The notes: generated by a model from the letters alone, not told the origin. DNA of 64,000 nucleotides from Trueperaceae bacterium (GCA_965213705.1 OZ243913.1:2624001-2688000); one strand, 5' to 3'. Positions 35,296 through 48,359 are shown, counted from the stretch's first letter. Numbers and translations: made by a program.

Positions 35296-36528
35296 ATTCA
35301 CACCGCTAGACAAACTGCCCTTCAAATCAAGCGCCGCGTCGACAGCGGCGCTTTTGCTGCGGCGGTACTGGCCTCGAGCTTGGGTGAATTGGAGGCTCGA
35401 GAGCGCGCGCTCGTCACCGACCTCGTTTACGGCACCTTGCGGCTCGAGCGCTACTTAGACGCTTGCTTGGCCCCCTTGTTGAAACGCCCTGACAAACTGC
35501 CCGCCGACGTGCTCAACGCGCTCCGCCTGGGCGCTTATGAACTCTTGATACGCGAAACGCCGCGCCGCGCGGTGGTAAACGAGTGGGTCGAGGTAACAAA
35601 ACGCGACTACGGCAAACTGAGCGGCCTCGTCAACGCAGTATTGCGCCGGCTCGAGCCCGTCGAGACCGCCCCCGCCGTGCGCTACGGTGTCCCCGAGTGG
35701 CTTTTTGAAGAGTGGGTCGAGCTTTTCGGCGCGAGTAAAGCTGAGGCTATAGCTCGAGGCATGGCCGAACCCGAACCCCTGTGGCTGCTGAGCTACCACC
35801 CGGACGCGGCGGCAAGCCTCGAGGCCGAAGGCTGCGAGGTCACCCCCGGCCCGTTGCCGGACACCCTGGCCGTCCGCCCCTCGAGACCTTTAGCTTCTCT
35901 CGAGGCCTTCAAACGCGGCTGGGTACAACCCCAAAACCCGAGTTCGACGCTGCCGGCACGACTTTTGAACTTACACCGAGGCGAGCGCGTCCTCGACCTG
36001 GCGAGCGGCAACGGCGTCAAGGGCGCGCAGCTCGCCGCGACAGGTGGCGAGGTCGTGAGCGCGGAACTGGACGCGACCAAGGTTAAACGAGCCGAGCGCA
36101 ATTTAGACCGGCTCGGCTTGACGGTTGAACACCTCGTTTACGACTTGCGTGAAGTGCCCGCGCTCGAGCCCGCCCCCAAAGTCTTGCTCGACGCGCCCTG
36201 CACCGGCACAGGCACGCTCCGCGGCAACCCGGAAATCCGCGCGCGTTTGACCCGCGAGGCTGTCACCGAACTCGCAACCCTGCAACGCGAACTGCTGAGC
36301 ACCGCCGCCGCGCTCACCGCACCGGGCGGCACGCTTGTGTACGCCGTTTGTGCCCTCACGAGGGAAGAAAGCCTCGACAACGCAAAGTGGTTTCTGGAAA
36401 AGTATCCTAACTTCGGGCTCGAGTCCTTCACCACCGAACTGCCGAATCTCCAAACCGAGACCGGCACCTTTGTTTTACCTCTCGACGGCTTGGACAGCTT
36501 TTTTATCGCCCGTTTCAAGCGAGCTTGA
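35296..36528 (+). CDS. rsmB: RsmB/Fmu-type m5C RNA methyltransferase with NusB domain, probable ATT start
   Basis: VNAVLRR, VLDLASG.G.K, LDAPCTG.G, YAVC; the frame extends to 35296 giving TARQTALQIKRRVDSGAFA. Confidence 0.85.
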   Translation: MHTARQTALQIKRRVDSGAFAAAVLASSLGELEARERALVTDLVYGTLRLERYLDACLAPLLKRPDKLPADVLNALRLGAYELLIRETPRRAVVNEWVEVTKRDYGKLSGLVNAVLRRLEPVETAPAVRYGVPEWLFEEWVELFGASKAEAIARGMAEPEPLWLLSYHPDAAASLEAEGCEVTPGPLPDTLAVRPSRPLASLEAFKRGWVQPQNPSSTLPARLLNLHRGERVLDLASGNGVKGAQLAATGGEVVSAELDATKVKRAERNLDRLGLTVEHLVYDLREVPALEPAPKVLLDAPCTGTGTLRGNPEIRARLTREAVTELATLQRELLSTAAALTAPGGTLVYAVCALTREESLDNAKWFLEKYPNFGLESFTTELPNLQTETGTFVLPLDGLDSFFIARFKRA

Positions 36529-36615
36529 TGCGGCTTCGTTCAGTATTTGGGAGACGCTTCGTCGGCCGTTTTCTGAAAAATCGTTACTTCGAGTACAAAT
36601 AAATTGGAGAATAAG

Positions 36616-37116
36616 ATGGTGCGCTTAGACGCTCGAATCGTGCCGAACGAAAGTTTGGGGGGGCTCCAATTAAGAACTAAACTTCTCGAGCTTCAGGAAC
36701 TCGTGGCTGGTTTTCTCGACCCAAGTACCTTTCGTCTCATAAGTCCTTTCAACGCAGTTTACACACTTGCAGGCGGTGCCATAAAAATAGACGTCGACGT
36801 TCGTAATGGCAAAGTCTCTATGCTTTCTGCACTACCTGGCTATAGGGGAACATTATTCGAGAAGATTTATGTAGGAATGAAGGTGAAAGATGCTTTTGCT
36901 GCAGAACCTCGTTTGTACTATGACGAATTTACGGAGACTATAGTCTGTAAGGGGGTAAAAGGTTTGTCGATTGATGTTCCGGACATTCCATTGGCCTCTA
37001 ACATCCAAGACAAATCCCTTACGTTCTCGGATCAAGTTCCAGAAATGGACATTTCGTCGATATCTGTTTTTGCAGCTGAAATCGTGAGCCCAAAGGGGAA
37101 CCGTGGCTACTGGTAG
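36616..37116 (+). CDS. Hypothetical protein, lower GC
   Basis: ORF with GGAG SD before ATG 36616. Confidence 0.65.
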   Translation: MVRLDARIVPNESLGGLQLRTKLLELQELVAGFLDPSTFRLISPFNAVYTLAGGAIKIDVDVRNGKVSMLSALPGYRGTLFEKIYVGMKVKDAFAAEPRLYYDEFTETIVCKGVKGLSIDVPDIPLASNIQDKSLTFSDQVPEMDISSISVFAAEIVSPKGNRGYW

Positions 37117-37229
37117 GCCTAAAGTGATGCCTCTTCTTGAACTTGACATAGTTTTATTCTAGAAATCTAATCACCTGTAGAACCCCCGACAGAATCCTCC
37201 TGTTACACTCGAGGCTTGGAGGTCTCCCC

Positions 37230-38120
37230 TTGCCAAATCCTTTATTCGCCCAACTGAGCGAGCACGTCTATTACCTGCCGGGAGCCGTCAACTGCGCAGT
37301 GGTGGTGAACGGCGGCGAGGCCGTGCTGGTCGACACGGGCGGCGATAAAGACTATGGCCGCGCCCTTCGTAAAGTTTGCGACGCCCTGAACGTCTCCCCC
37401 GTCGCCGTCCTCAACACCCATTCCCACGCCGACCACTACGGCGGCAACGACTATTTGCTGCGGCAGTTCGACGTGCCGGTCTACGCGCCCGCGTTTGAGG
37501 CGGGGATTTTGCAAAATCCTTACTTAGAGCCCGTTTACCTGTTCAACGGGGCCAAGCCTCTGCCCGAACTGATGTCAAAGTGGCTCCTCGCCAAACCCTC
37601 CAGGGTAGATGTCATTTTGGAGCCGGGAACGCTCGAGCTTATCGGCTTGCCGTTCGCAATCCTCGATACCTCCGGCCACGCGCACCGGCACGTGTCGGTC
37701 AAGGTGGGTGACGTGCTCATCGCCGCCGACGCCGTATTCGGTGCGGCGGTGTTGGGCAAGTATCCACTGCCGTTCGGGCAAGACATCGGCGGGCAGATAA
37801 AGAGTGCTCGTTTGGCGGAGGTGGGGGCTCGAGTGCTGTTGCCCGGTCACGGCGAACCGACCGAAGAGATTGAAGACCTCGTTGCCCGTAATCTCGAGAC
37901 TTTTCAACGCGCCGCCGACGCGGTCGAAGCTGCTTGTCTTGGGATTTTGACTGAAGAGGTTTTGAAAGAGGTCTGTAAAACGCTAGCTATCGAAATGCTC
38001 GACTTGCCACGTTTTTACCTTAACCGTTGCGTGGTCACGGCTTATTTGAGCTACCTGCGCGACGAAGGTCGGGTCGAGGTGGCGCTACACGAGAATAGCC
38101 TTGCCTGGCGGCGGTTGTAA
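37230..38120 (+). CDS. MBL-fold metallo-hydrolase
   Basis: THSHADHYG, LPGHG. Confidence 0.92.
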   Translation: MPNPLFAQLSEHVYYLPGAVNCAVVVNGGEAVLVDTGGDKDYGRALRKVCDALNVSPVAVLNTHSHADHYGGNDYLLRQFDVPVYAPAFEAGILQNPYLEPVYLFNGAKPLPELMSKWLLAKPSRVDVILEPGTLELIGLPFAILDTSGHAHRHVSVKVGDVLIAADAVFGAAVLGKYPLPFGQDIGGQIKSARLAEVGARVLLPGHGEPTEEIEDLVARNLETFQRAADAVEAACLGILTEEVLKEVCKTLAIEMLDLPRFYLNRCVVTAYLSYLRDEGRVEVALHENSLAWRRL

Positions 38121-38183
38121 GAGGTAAGTTTTTCATTGTTCCCTTTCAACCTAACAACGAAAAACCTGCTTTCTTGACTTCGC

Positions 38184-38807
38184 TCAGCCGACCCTGAGCG
38201 TTTCCTCCGGCTCGCCTTGCAAACTTTTCATTATCGCCTCAGCGACCTCGTCCGGACTCAGGGCGTCTTTGGGCGCGGTGCCGACGTTTTTCCAGAAGTC
38301 GGTGTCGACCGCTTTGGGCAAGACGAGGGTGAACGAGGCTTTGCGCTTCATCTCGATGGTCGCAACCTCGAGCACCGCCTTCACGCCCGCCTTGGCGGCG
38401 GCGTAGACCCCGAAACCGCGGTAGGTGACGAGGTCGGGGCGTGCGCCCAAAACGAAGACCCTCGCCTCGTTGAGTTTGGGCTCGGCATACTTCAGCGTGA
38501 AAACGAGGCCGGTCAGGTTGGCATCGATGACGCGGTAATAAGCGCTCTGGTCGACCATCTTCAAAAGTTCGGGCTGGATGTCCCCGGCGGCGTAAATCAG
38601 CACGTCGACGGGTGCGACCTCCTCGAACAAGGCTTGAATTTCCAACTCGCTGGCGATGTCCGTGGGGATGACGGTGCCGTACTCGCGCAGCGCCGACAGC
38701 CGCCGCGTGTCGCGCCCGACGAGGGTGAGGGTATAATCGTCCTTCAGCCTTTTCGCCAGGGCCGTGCCGATGCCGCCGGTCGCGCCGATGAGAAGTGCGT
38801 GTTTCAT
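38184..38807 (-). CDS. SDR family oxidoreductase
   Basis: GATGGIG, YAAAK. Confidence 0.9.
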   Translation of the reverse strand: MKHALLIGATGGIGTALAKRLKDDYTLTLVGRDTRRLSALREYGTVIPTDIASELEIQALFEEVAPVDVLIYAAGDIQPELLKMVDQSAYYRVIDANLTGLVFTLKYAEPKLNEARVFVLGARPDLVTYRGFGVYAAAKAGVKAVLEVATIEMKRKASFTLVLPKAVDTDFWKNVGTAPKDALSPDEVAEAIMKSLQGEPEETLRVG

Positions 38808-38957
38808 ACCGGAGCTTAACCTCCGGGTCTCGAGCGCTACTGTAAGTAAGACGTGAAACGCGGCCTGGTAGGTTGTATCTTTATACATTCTTGCCACACG
38901 CGCCCGCCCGTCAGCCACCTTACGGTGCAAAATCGCCAGGTACGGTTTACTGGTTTC

Positions 38958-41348
<2,391 letters not shown>

Positions 41349-41365
41349 AGTTTACGAACTCGAAG

Positions 41366-41397
41366 AAGAGCCCCAACAGATTTGTTGGGGCTTTTTC
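41366..41397 (+). terminator. Intrinsic terminator after lon
   Basis: agccccaaca-gatt-tgttggggct-tttt. Confidence 0.85.
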
Positions 41398-41446
41398 ATA
41401 TTCCAGACGCCTCACTCGAATTGTAGTGACGAAGAAATGCGACTTG

Positions 41447-42232
41447 TCACTTGGCTAAATTTTCTCTAAAACCTTTTTCTAAATAGAGACCTTTGTTAGA
41501 AAACCTATCACGTCCATCATCGAATTCTTTTGAAGCTTTATCAGCTAAACCAAACATCGACATCCTTAAAACGTCTACCTCGTAAGTCGTAGCCATATTA
41601 TCGTTTGTGAAAAGCTGTATCCCAACTCCATTAAACGAAGAGCCAAGAAGGCCAAGATCCGCGTACGGTAAGGGTTCTATCGTCAAAAAGTTAGCGATAA
41701 AAAAGTCCCCTTTACTTAGACAATTATCGTAATCTTGATAGGTACTCAAGCGAGCTGCCTGTAAGTAGCAATTCTCAAAGACATCAAGATACTTTTCACC
41801 TTTGTTGAGAGGATCCAGATATATTTTTAACCACACATCGATTTCTATAGACTCACCTGGAAAAACAGTTATGGGAATTTGTTCAGGCTTGACAAGGTCA
41901 TTATCATATAACACGATAGGAACTATCCTTCTACCAGAAGGCCTTCCATTGTATGTTTCTATTGACCTGACTTTAATAATGGAAGCCGCCTTTCTACCAT
42001 TGTTCTGAACAAGGCACTTGGCTTTAACTTTTAGAGTGGAAACCTCTCCAAACTCCTTGATGATAAATGCTTCTGATTGACTGCCAAAACTGCAATTTGC
42101 TAACAGATCACTCTCATCCTGTGCTCTAAATTGAAAATTCACCTGCCACAAAGAAAATAGAGACAAACCTATAGCTAAGGCTGCAAGTGCGGTAGTCATT
42201 TTTTCATTCGCGGTGAGTTTATTCATCTGCAT
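41447..42232 (-). CDS. Hypothetical membrane-anchored protein, very low GC
   Basis: N-terminal TM segment; AT-rich 261 aa ORF. Confidence 0.7.
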   Translation of the reverse strand: MQMNKLTANEKMTTALAALAIGLSLFSLWQVNFQFRAQDESDLLANCSFGSQSEAFIIKEFGEVSTLKVKAKCLVQNNGRKAASIIKVRSIETYNGRPSGRRIVPIVLYDNDLVKPEQIPITVFPGESIEIDVWLKIYLDPLNKGEKYLDVFENCYLQAARLSTYQDYDNCLSKGDFFIANFLTIEPLPYADLGLLGSSFNGVGIQLFTNDNMATTYEVDVLRMSMFGLADKASKEFDDGRDRFSNKGLYLEKGFRENLAK

Positions 42233-42452
42233 CCTGTATAGTCTAAACTGATTTGAATATTCGGGTCTTCAACAAAAAGTATGATTTGTGAGGCTATACT
42301 CATGTAGTTTAATCTAGGCGCTACAAAGGATGTTTAGCCGTTATATCGTGAGTGCAAAAAGGAGTCAGGGTGTGTTTCAAAGCGTCGTCGGCCATTCAGC
42401 GCCCCTGAGCTAGGTCCGTTCAACAGCTCTGGAGTTATAATCGTTTTTCATT

Positions 42453-42653
42453 ATGCCAAGGAAAGTTCGTGAGTTGGTAAGAGACCTACGCGACGCTGGC
42501 TTTGAGCTTGTACCCGGTGCCGCCAAGGGGTCACACCGAAAGTTCGTGCATGTAAATTACTCCGGTGCCGTAACTCTCAGCGGTAAAGACGGTGATGACG
42601 CCAAAAACTATCAGGAAAAGCAGGTAAGGCGGGCAATCGAGGAGGTAGTGTAG
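42453..42653 (+). CDS. HicA family toxin
   Basis: L..AGF....KGSH.KF.H. Confidence 0.85.
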   Translation: MPRKVRELVRDLRDAGFELVPGAAKGSHRKFVHVNYSGAVTLSGKDGDDAKNYQEKQVRRAIEEVV

Positions 42654-42874
42654 TGAAGAGCATCGACCAGTATCATCGTTGGGTGGAGTGGAGCGACGAG
42701 GATCAAGCGTATATCGGGAAATGCCCCGATCTCATCACTGGAATTCACGGTGACGACCCGGTCCAAGTCTATAAAGAGCTAGGGGAGGTGGTACAAGAAG
42801 TCATTAACCATTTTCAACAAACAGGGCGCGAACTTCCCCTCCCGCGAACACGGCCGATGATGGAGGTGACATAG
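42653..42874 (+). CDS. HicB family antitoxin
   Basis: VEWSDEDQAYIG.CPDL...HGD; coupled to HicA. Confidence 0.8.
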   Translation: MKSIDQYHRWVEWSDEDQAYIGKCPDLITGIHGDDPVQVYKELGEVVQEVINHFQQTGRELPLPRTRPMMEVT

Positions 42875-42988
42875 TTCCTGTGGTAGTGGCACAGTGTCGA
42901 ATACCGACTCGTCGTCTCAGGTCGCCTCTGTCAAGTCTTGTGGCGGAAATCTCAGCCTCACGACGTTTCAGCGCGTAAGCTCGAGACC

Positions 42989-43486
42989 ATGAAAAAACTA
43001 CTGTTACTCGTTTTTATATTATCGTTGTCCGCCTGCTCGTTCGCGCCCATCACCGTGCCGGTCGAGGACTTTTACATTCGTACCGGCTCGAGCGGCAGCG
43101 ACGTGTGCTACACCGAAGTCACCGAGTCGGTGTCGATGAAGTTTCGCAGCGTCTTTTACGAGGGCGACGCGACCTACACACCGGGACCGAGTGTGGGCGA
43201 CAATTCTAAGGTGACGATGGCGGTGTTCGGCCGCGCCTTGGACCCGAATCCAAGCTCGAGCGACACCTTCAAGTGCGTGACGCGCAGCGACGCCGACCTG
43301 TTGCTGGCGGGCGACATCGAGCTTACGGCGAACACGAGCAAGCGCATCCGGGCCGGGGGTGGCGAGCTTGCCAAACTGGTTACACAGGAGCGGTACTGGT
43401 TGGGCGGCTCCTTGGACGACTCGAGCCTGTTCAGCTTTCCGGGTGACATCACCTTTACAAACGGCGTGGTGAAGGCGAACTTTTAG
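42989..43486 (+). CDS. Hypothetical lipoprotein
   Basis: MKKLLL...LSAC lipobox. Confidence 0.8.
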   Translation: MKKLLLLVFILSLSACSFAPITVPVEDFYIRTGSSGSDVCYTEVTESVSMKFRSVFYEGDATYTPGPSVGDNSKVTMAVFGRALDPNPSSSDTFKCVTRSDADLLLAGDIELTANTSKRIRAGGGELAKLVTQERYWLGGSLDDSSLFSFPGDITFTNGVVKANF

Positions 43487-44241
43487 GGCAAAGCAGAGAA
43501 GAACACGCGCAACTCCTCGCTAATTTGTGTCTCAGCCTGCGCGCGGGTCACGGTCGGCACACCGTCGCCTCGTTGCGGGCCGTAACGCCCGAAAAAGCTG
43601 TGGACGGAGCCATTTATAAGCTCGAGCCTCGTGTCGGGCGGCAAGCGGCTCAGGCCGTCGCGCACTTTTGCAACCGTCGCCAAACCGTCGTGCTCAGCGG
43701 CCAGGTCGAGGACGGACAAGTCGAGGATTGATAAATCATCGTTCCCCGCGCTGTACGCGCCCATCAGCACGAGGCCGTCGACGCGTTCGGGGTTGCGCAG
43801 CGCGTAGCGCGCCGCCATCGCCCCACCCAGCGAGTGTCCGCCGACGACAACGCGACTCGGTAAAGTTTCCAAACTGTCGAGAAGTTGCGTTGCCCGGCCG
43901 GGCGCGATGACGGCCAGGTCGAGCGGCATCACCGGGATGAGGGTGCGCACGCCGAGCGGCGCAACGGCCACGCCGAGCCATTCGTAGGTTTGGGGCCGCA
44001 CCAGGCCGCCGGGGTAGAAGACAAAAAGTGTTTCGGCGTCACCCTCGGCGGGACGAATGTCTAAGTAGCCGCCCACCTCGTTTACAAAGGTAGAGGTGTA
44101 AGAGGTGCTCGAGACCTCGGCCACCACAGCGTCTTGGTGTAGTACCAGCGGTTCCGGCCTCAGCAGCATGTAGGCGACACCCAAACCCGCCCCGAGCGCG
44201 ACGAGGGCCAGAATCCCGACAAAGGAAAGAAAACGTTTCAC
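43483..44241 (-). CDS. Alpha/beta hydrolase with N-terminal anchor
   Basis: FYPGG.V, GHSLGG, G..H..FG.YGPQ.GD. Confidence 0.88.
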   Translation of the reverse strand: MKRFLSFVGILALVALGAGLGVAYMLLRPEPLVLHQDAVVAEVSSTSYTSTFVNEVGGYLDIRPAEGDAETLFVFYPGGLVRPQTYEWLGVAVAPLGVRTLIPVMPLDLAVIAPGRATQLLDSLETLPSRVVVGGHSLGGAMAARYALRNPERVDGLVLMGAYSAGNDDLSILDLSVLDLAAEHDGLATVAKVRDGLSRLPPDTRLELINGSVHSFFGRYGPQRGDGVPTVTRAQAETQISEELRVFFSALP

Positions 44242-44388
44242 GGTCGACTGCTCAACCCCGCGCCCGGGTCCGAGCGTGGGCGAGAAGCGAGTCTCAAGCT
44301 GTCACCCCCGGCGTGTTCGACGCCGGCGTGACCGAAAAGGCTGTGAGGTCTATGCTGTGGGGTCTGGTCGGGGTCCTCGCGGGCGGGG

Positions 44389-45075
44389 TCAAAGGTCGGC
44401 TCTGGGCGCAGCCGACGCCCCGAGCCGCGCTTCGAAGGTTGCCAGACCTTCGTCGACCTCGGTACGCGGTAGGCCGCCCGCGTTTAACGCGGCGTCGGGT
44501 TTGGCTTGCAGGGCGCGGTAAAAGGCGTGGCCCCGCGCCTTGAGCGGGTCACTCGGTCCGAAAGTCTCGAGCAGCGCGAACAAACCGTCTTCGGCGTCGG
44601 CGTAACGGCCGCGCAACGTGTCGTACTCGAGCACGCGCCACTGCGTCGCCTCGGGCAGCACGAAATCAGCCAGCTCGAGGCGCGTCTCGGCAATGTTCGT
44701 GTCCAGCTCTTCAGCGTCCAACTCGGCCAGCGCCGCTTCTAGGTACAGGTCGAAGGCTTTGAGTTGCAGTGCGACCGGCGCGCGTTCTCCCTTGGCCCGG
44801 GCCAGCGCCGCCTCCGCCCCGAACAGCGTGGCGAGGAGAAAACTTTTCTCACGGTCCAGAACACCTGCGCTGCTCAGCACGCTGAGCAACTGGTCACTCG
44901 GCAAGCTGCGAAACAGGGCGGCGTCGGCACCCGTGTGTTCGCGGTAAGCCTCTTGCAACGTCGCCTCGACCCTGGCAACACCGTTCGGGTCACCGAGACC
45001 GCCGAGCGCCCGCACGACTTCGGCGAGTTGTTCCAAAGTGCGCTGGATAAGGTCGTCTTTCAGGGGCACGGGCAA
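44389..45075 (-). CDS. Helical hypothetical protein (DUF6483-like)
   Basis: GRYADAED.LF, L..GGLPR.EV.EG. Confidence 0.7.
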   Translation of the reverse strand: MPVPLKDDLIQRTLEQLAEVVRALGGLGDPNGVARVEATLQEAYREHTGADAALFRSLPSDQLLSVLSSAGVLDREKSFLLATLFGAEAALARAKGERAPVALQLKAFDLYLEAALAELDAEELDTNIAETRLELADFVLPEATQWRVLEYDTLRGRYADAEDGLFALLETFGPSDPLKARGHAFYRALQAKPDAALNAGGLPRTEVDEGLATFEARLGASAAPRADL

Positions 45076-45215
45076 CTATACACCTCCGTTGCGCCGTGCG
45101 TGCGGTGTCGACGCCCGGACAGAAAGACGCTCGGTGAGAAAAGGGCGGTTCGGCTACCCGCCAAAAAGCGTAAAATAACCCGGTCTTGCGCGGGCCGCGG
45201 CCTATACTGGACGTT

Positions 45216-46082
45216 ATGAATTTGCCCGTCCTCATCACCACCCCGCACAGTTCCGGCTTCGTGCCTTTCGACATTCTCAGCAACATGTTGGGAGCGGGGG
45301 TTCAAGACCTCGCCAAGCGCACAGAGCGCCTGAACTGTTTGTACAACGAAGGCGACCCCTACACCGACGCGCTGTTTCACCTGCCCGGCGGGGTGCACGT
45401 CAACGCGTCCGTCTCGAGGTTTGTGGTCGACCTGAACCGGCGGCGCGACGAGGGCGGTTTGAACGGCGTCATCAAGGTTACCGACTTCGGCGGGCATCCG
45501 CTTTACCAAGGCGGCTTTCAGTTCGACGCCGGTGAGGTCGCCGAGCGGTTGACGCGCTACTACGACCCGTTCCACGCCGCTATCGAGCGCGCGGTAGCCC
45601 GCGACGACATCCTCTTTTTTATCGACGGACATTCGATGTCGCCCAAGGGGCCGCTCATCGGACCCGACCAGGGGCGGCCACGCCCCGCGTTCACGGTTAT
45701 TACCGGGGGCAACCTGTTGGGCGAGCGGCGCACGCCGAACGAGACGCCGAGCGTCCCGGCAAGCGTCGCGCAAGAGGTGGTACGCGGTTTGGAAAAGCAC
45801 TTCGGCGACATCATCCAGGACACGCCCGACGTGCCCAACACGGTGCTGCTCAACGCGCCCTTCGACGGCGGCGGCATCCAGCAGTTTTACAGCGACCCGC
45901 GGAGAAAACACGCCAAGCCGGGGTTTTCTTTGGAGTTCAACCGCGCCCTGTTTTTGCAAAAAGGAAACGACGGGCTCGACGAACCCATGCCGGGCCGCGT
46001 CGAAGCGCTCAACGAACGCTTTCAACGGTTCGTGCGCGACCTCGTGCCGGTGTTCGAAACGTTGCGGACGGTCGTCGGCTGA
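45216..46082 (+). CDS. N-formylglutamate amidohydrolase family
   Basis: PHS, DPYTD.LF, SRFVVDLNR, YYDPFH, DGHSM, LEFNR. Confidence 0.9.
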   Translation: MNLPVLITTPHSSGFVPFDILSNMLGAGVQDLAKRTERLNCLYNEGDPYTDALFHLPGGVHVNASVSRFVVDLNRRRDEGGLNGVIKVTDFGGHPLYQGGFQFDAGEVAERLTRYYDPFHAAIERAVARDDILFFIDGHSMSPKGPLIGPDQGRPRPAFTVITGGNLLGERRTPNETPSVPASVAQEVVRGLEKHFGDIIQDTPDVPNTVLLNAPFDGGGIQQFYSDPRRKHAKPGFSLEFNRALFLQKGNDGLDEPMPGRVEALNERFQRFVRDLVPVFETLRTVVG

Positions 46083-46118
46083 ACAGGTGCAAAAGGCTCG
46101 AGACCGCTCAAAAAACAC

Positions 46119-46861
46119 CTACAGCGCGAGCAACCGTTCGGCCTGCCTTCGCGCGTGTTCCGGTTCGACGTGCCAGCACACCGCGACTTCCCAGGCGACC
46201 AACGCTTTGGTGAGAGCGCGAGGCAGCTGGCGGTCGGCGTCAGCTTGTCAAATCGTAGTGTCGAACAAAGAAGCGTCCAGCCGCGCCTCGTCCCAGTCCA
46301 AAAGTGCAAGGCGTCCGTCCGGCGTCTTGAGTACGTTGACCGAGCCCAAGTCGCCGTGGACGACCGAGACGGGTTCACCGACAAAAAGAGTCCAGGCCGC
46401 GCGGCACGTTTCGACAAGGTCGGGTGGCATCTGAGACAGGTCGACGTCGCCGCCCTTCTCGGCGGTCAACAAGTCGACTGAACTCGCAAAGCCCAGGCGT
46501 TGCGGCCAGTTCCGGGTTAACTGGTGAAAGCGCTCGAGCCGCGGCTGCGCCCCAAGCAGGTCTTCAACCGTGGCGGGCGAGCCCTCGACAAAGGTCTCTA
46601 CCGTCACGCCGTCCTCCGCAAGATTGTCCCGCAAACTCGGTACGAACTCCGGCGTCACGAAATCCGCGGCTCGAGCCTCTTGCATGGCGTCCGCAACCCA
46701 GCGCAGGGCCGCCTCGCTCCGCCGCGTCGACTTGGCGACGTAAACACGGCCTGCCATTTCAACAAGCACGACGGTGTTGCGGTGACCGCCGGGGAGATTC
46801 TTGACAACCCGGCCCGGCGGCCAGTGGCGTAAACCCGCTAAAACGCCGTCGCTGTGGACAC
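46119..46861 (-). pseudogene. APH/choline-kinase-like phosphotransferase, interrupted
   Basis: HGDLG..NV, LLDWDE; in-frame TGA at 46248-46250 followed by 42 protein-like codons (AWEVAVCWHVEPEHAR); GTG 46861 is out of frame with the body. Confidence 0.65.
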
Positions 46862-46999
46862 AGGTAAACTTTTCCTAACTGTCTCTCGTACCCTTAAACA
46901 CGGTCTTGAGACAAACGGCTTTTGACCTTAGATTCCCTTTACAGGGGATTTTCCTTCGGGACGGGGATTCACAGCGCAGCGGCGACCCGATGACGCCTC

Positions 47000-48214
47000 C
47001 TACAACTCGCCCAGCGCCGCCAAAACCGCGTCCACGTCTGAAACGTCGTTGTAGTGCAACAGACTCAGCCGCACCGCGCCTTCGCGCCCGCGCAAACCGA
47101 CCGCGTCCATCATGAGGTCGTAGGCGTAGTAGTGGCCGTCGGCAGCGGCGACGCCGCGCTCGCCCAGGTGCTCGGCGACCGTGCGGGGCGCGTGCTCGCC
47201 GACGTTCAGGGACACCGTGGCGGTGCGGCCTTCGACGCCGGGCAAACCGTAGCGGGTGACGCCCAGGTCGTCCAGGCCGGCCAACAGACGTTCAAACAGC
47301 GCGGTTTCGTGCGCGTGAAACGCCTCGTACACTTTTTGCCAGCGTTCGCGCCGCGTACCCTGCGTGCCGAGCCTGTCGGCGACCTCGTCAAGGTAGTCGA
47401 ATACCCCGCCAAAGGCGTAAATAGCTTCGTGGTTTTGGGTGCCGGGTTCCCAGTTGATAGGTTTTTCCTGCTCGAAAAAAGCGAGGCCCGGCCCGGCCAG
47501 ACTCGAGCGCAGTTCATCACCCAAGTACAGCACGCCCGCGTGCGGCCCGAACACCTTGTACGGGCTGAACACGAGGGCGTCCGCGCCGAGCCTTACCACG
47601 TCGGGCAAAAAGTGCGGCGAGTAGTGAACCGTGTCGACCATGAGGTGAGCGCCCGCGGCGTGGACCCGCTCGGCCGTTTGCGCGACCGGGGCCAGCGTGC
47701 CGAGCGCGTTGCTGGCGGCGGTCATGGCGACAAGGCGCGTCTTGTCGCTCAGCAGGGGCTCCAAGTCCTCGAGTTCCAACGTGTGGTGCGGCGCGCGCGT
47801 CGGCCAGGTTTTCAGCGTAAACCCCCGCTCTTTCAAACGCCGCCACGGGTCGACGTTGGCGTGGTGGTCGAGTTCGGTGACGACGATTTCGTCGCCCGGT
47901 GCCAACCTGCGCCCGAAGGCTTGGGCGAGCAGCTCGAGAAGCGTCGTCGCGTTCGGGCCGAAGGCGACGTTCTCGGGAGAAGACGCGTTCAAAAAGGTGG
48001 CGACGTCCTCCCGAACTTTCTCTTTGGCCGCGCCGATGCGCGCCGACTGCGCGTACGCGCCGCCCTTGTTGACCTGCATAGTGGTGAGGGCTTCGACCAT
48101 GTTGCCGACCACTTGCTGCGGCACCTGCGCCCCGGCGGCGTTGTCCAAATAAACGGCCCCGCCACGCTTGAGAGCGGGAAACTGGTCGCGTATCCAGGCG
48201 ATGGGATAGGTCAT
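47000..48214 (-). CDS. Cysteine desulfurase-like class V PLP aminotransferase
   Basis: YLDNAAG.Q, DHHAN..PW, SPYKVFGPH. Confidence 0.9.
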   Translation of the reverse strand: MTYPIAWIRDQFPALKRGGAVYLDNAAGAQVPQQVVGNMVEALTTMQVNKGGAYAQSARIGAAKEKVREDVATFLNASSPENVAFGPNATTLLELLAQAFGRRLAPGDEIVVTELDHHANVDPWRRLKERGFTLKTWPTRAPHHTLELEDLEPLLSDKTRLVAMTAASNALGTLAPVAQTAERVHAAGAHLMVDTVHYSPHFLPDVVRLGADALVFSPYKVFGPHAGVLYLGDELRSSLAGPGLAFFEQEKPINWEPGTQNHEAIYAFGGVFDYLDEVADRLGTQGTRRERWQKVYEAFHAHETALFERLLAGLDDLGVTRYGLPGVEGRTATVSLNVGEHAPRTVAEHLGERGVAAADGHYYAYDLMMDAVGLRGREGAVRLSLLHYNDVSDVDAVLAALGEL

Positions 48215-48359
48215 AGGCAAAGCTTATCACCCGGCTCGAGGCTGCGGCTTGGTGTCGACAGCAGTCAGGCAAGTTATGGGTCGCTCGGTACCGGCCACAC
48301 ACGAGGGTCGTCTTTGGTTCACCTCAAGCTGCGCAAAAATGTCGGAGAAAGTTTTCAGG

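Noticed and set aside
46248..46250. Selenocysteine or alternative genetic code at TGA
   Set aside because: TGA ends many intact genes here, the position is not a catalytic Cys, and no SECIS-like hairpin was recognised.
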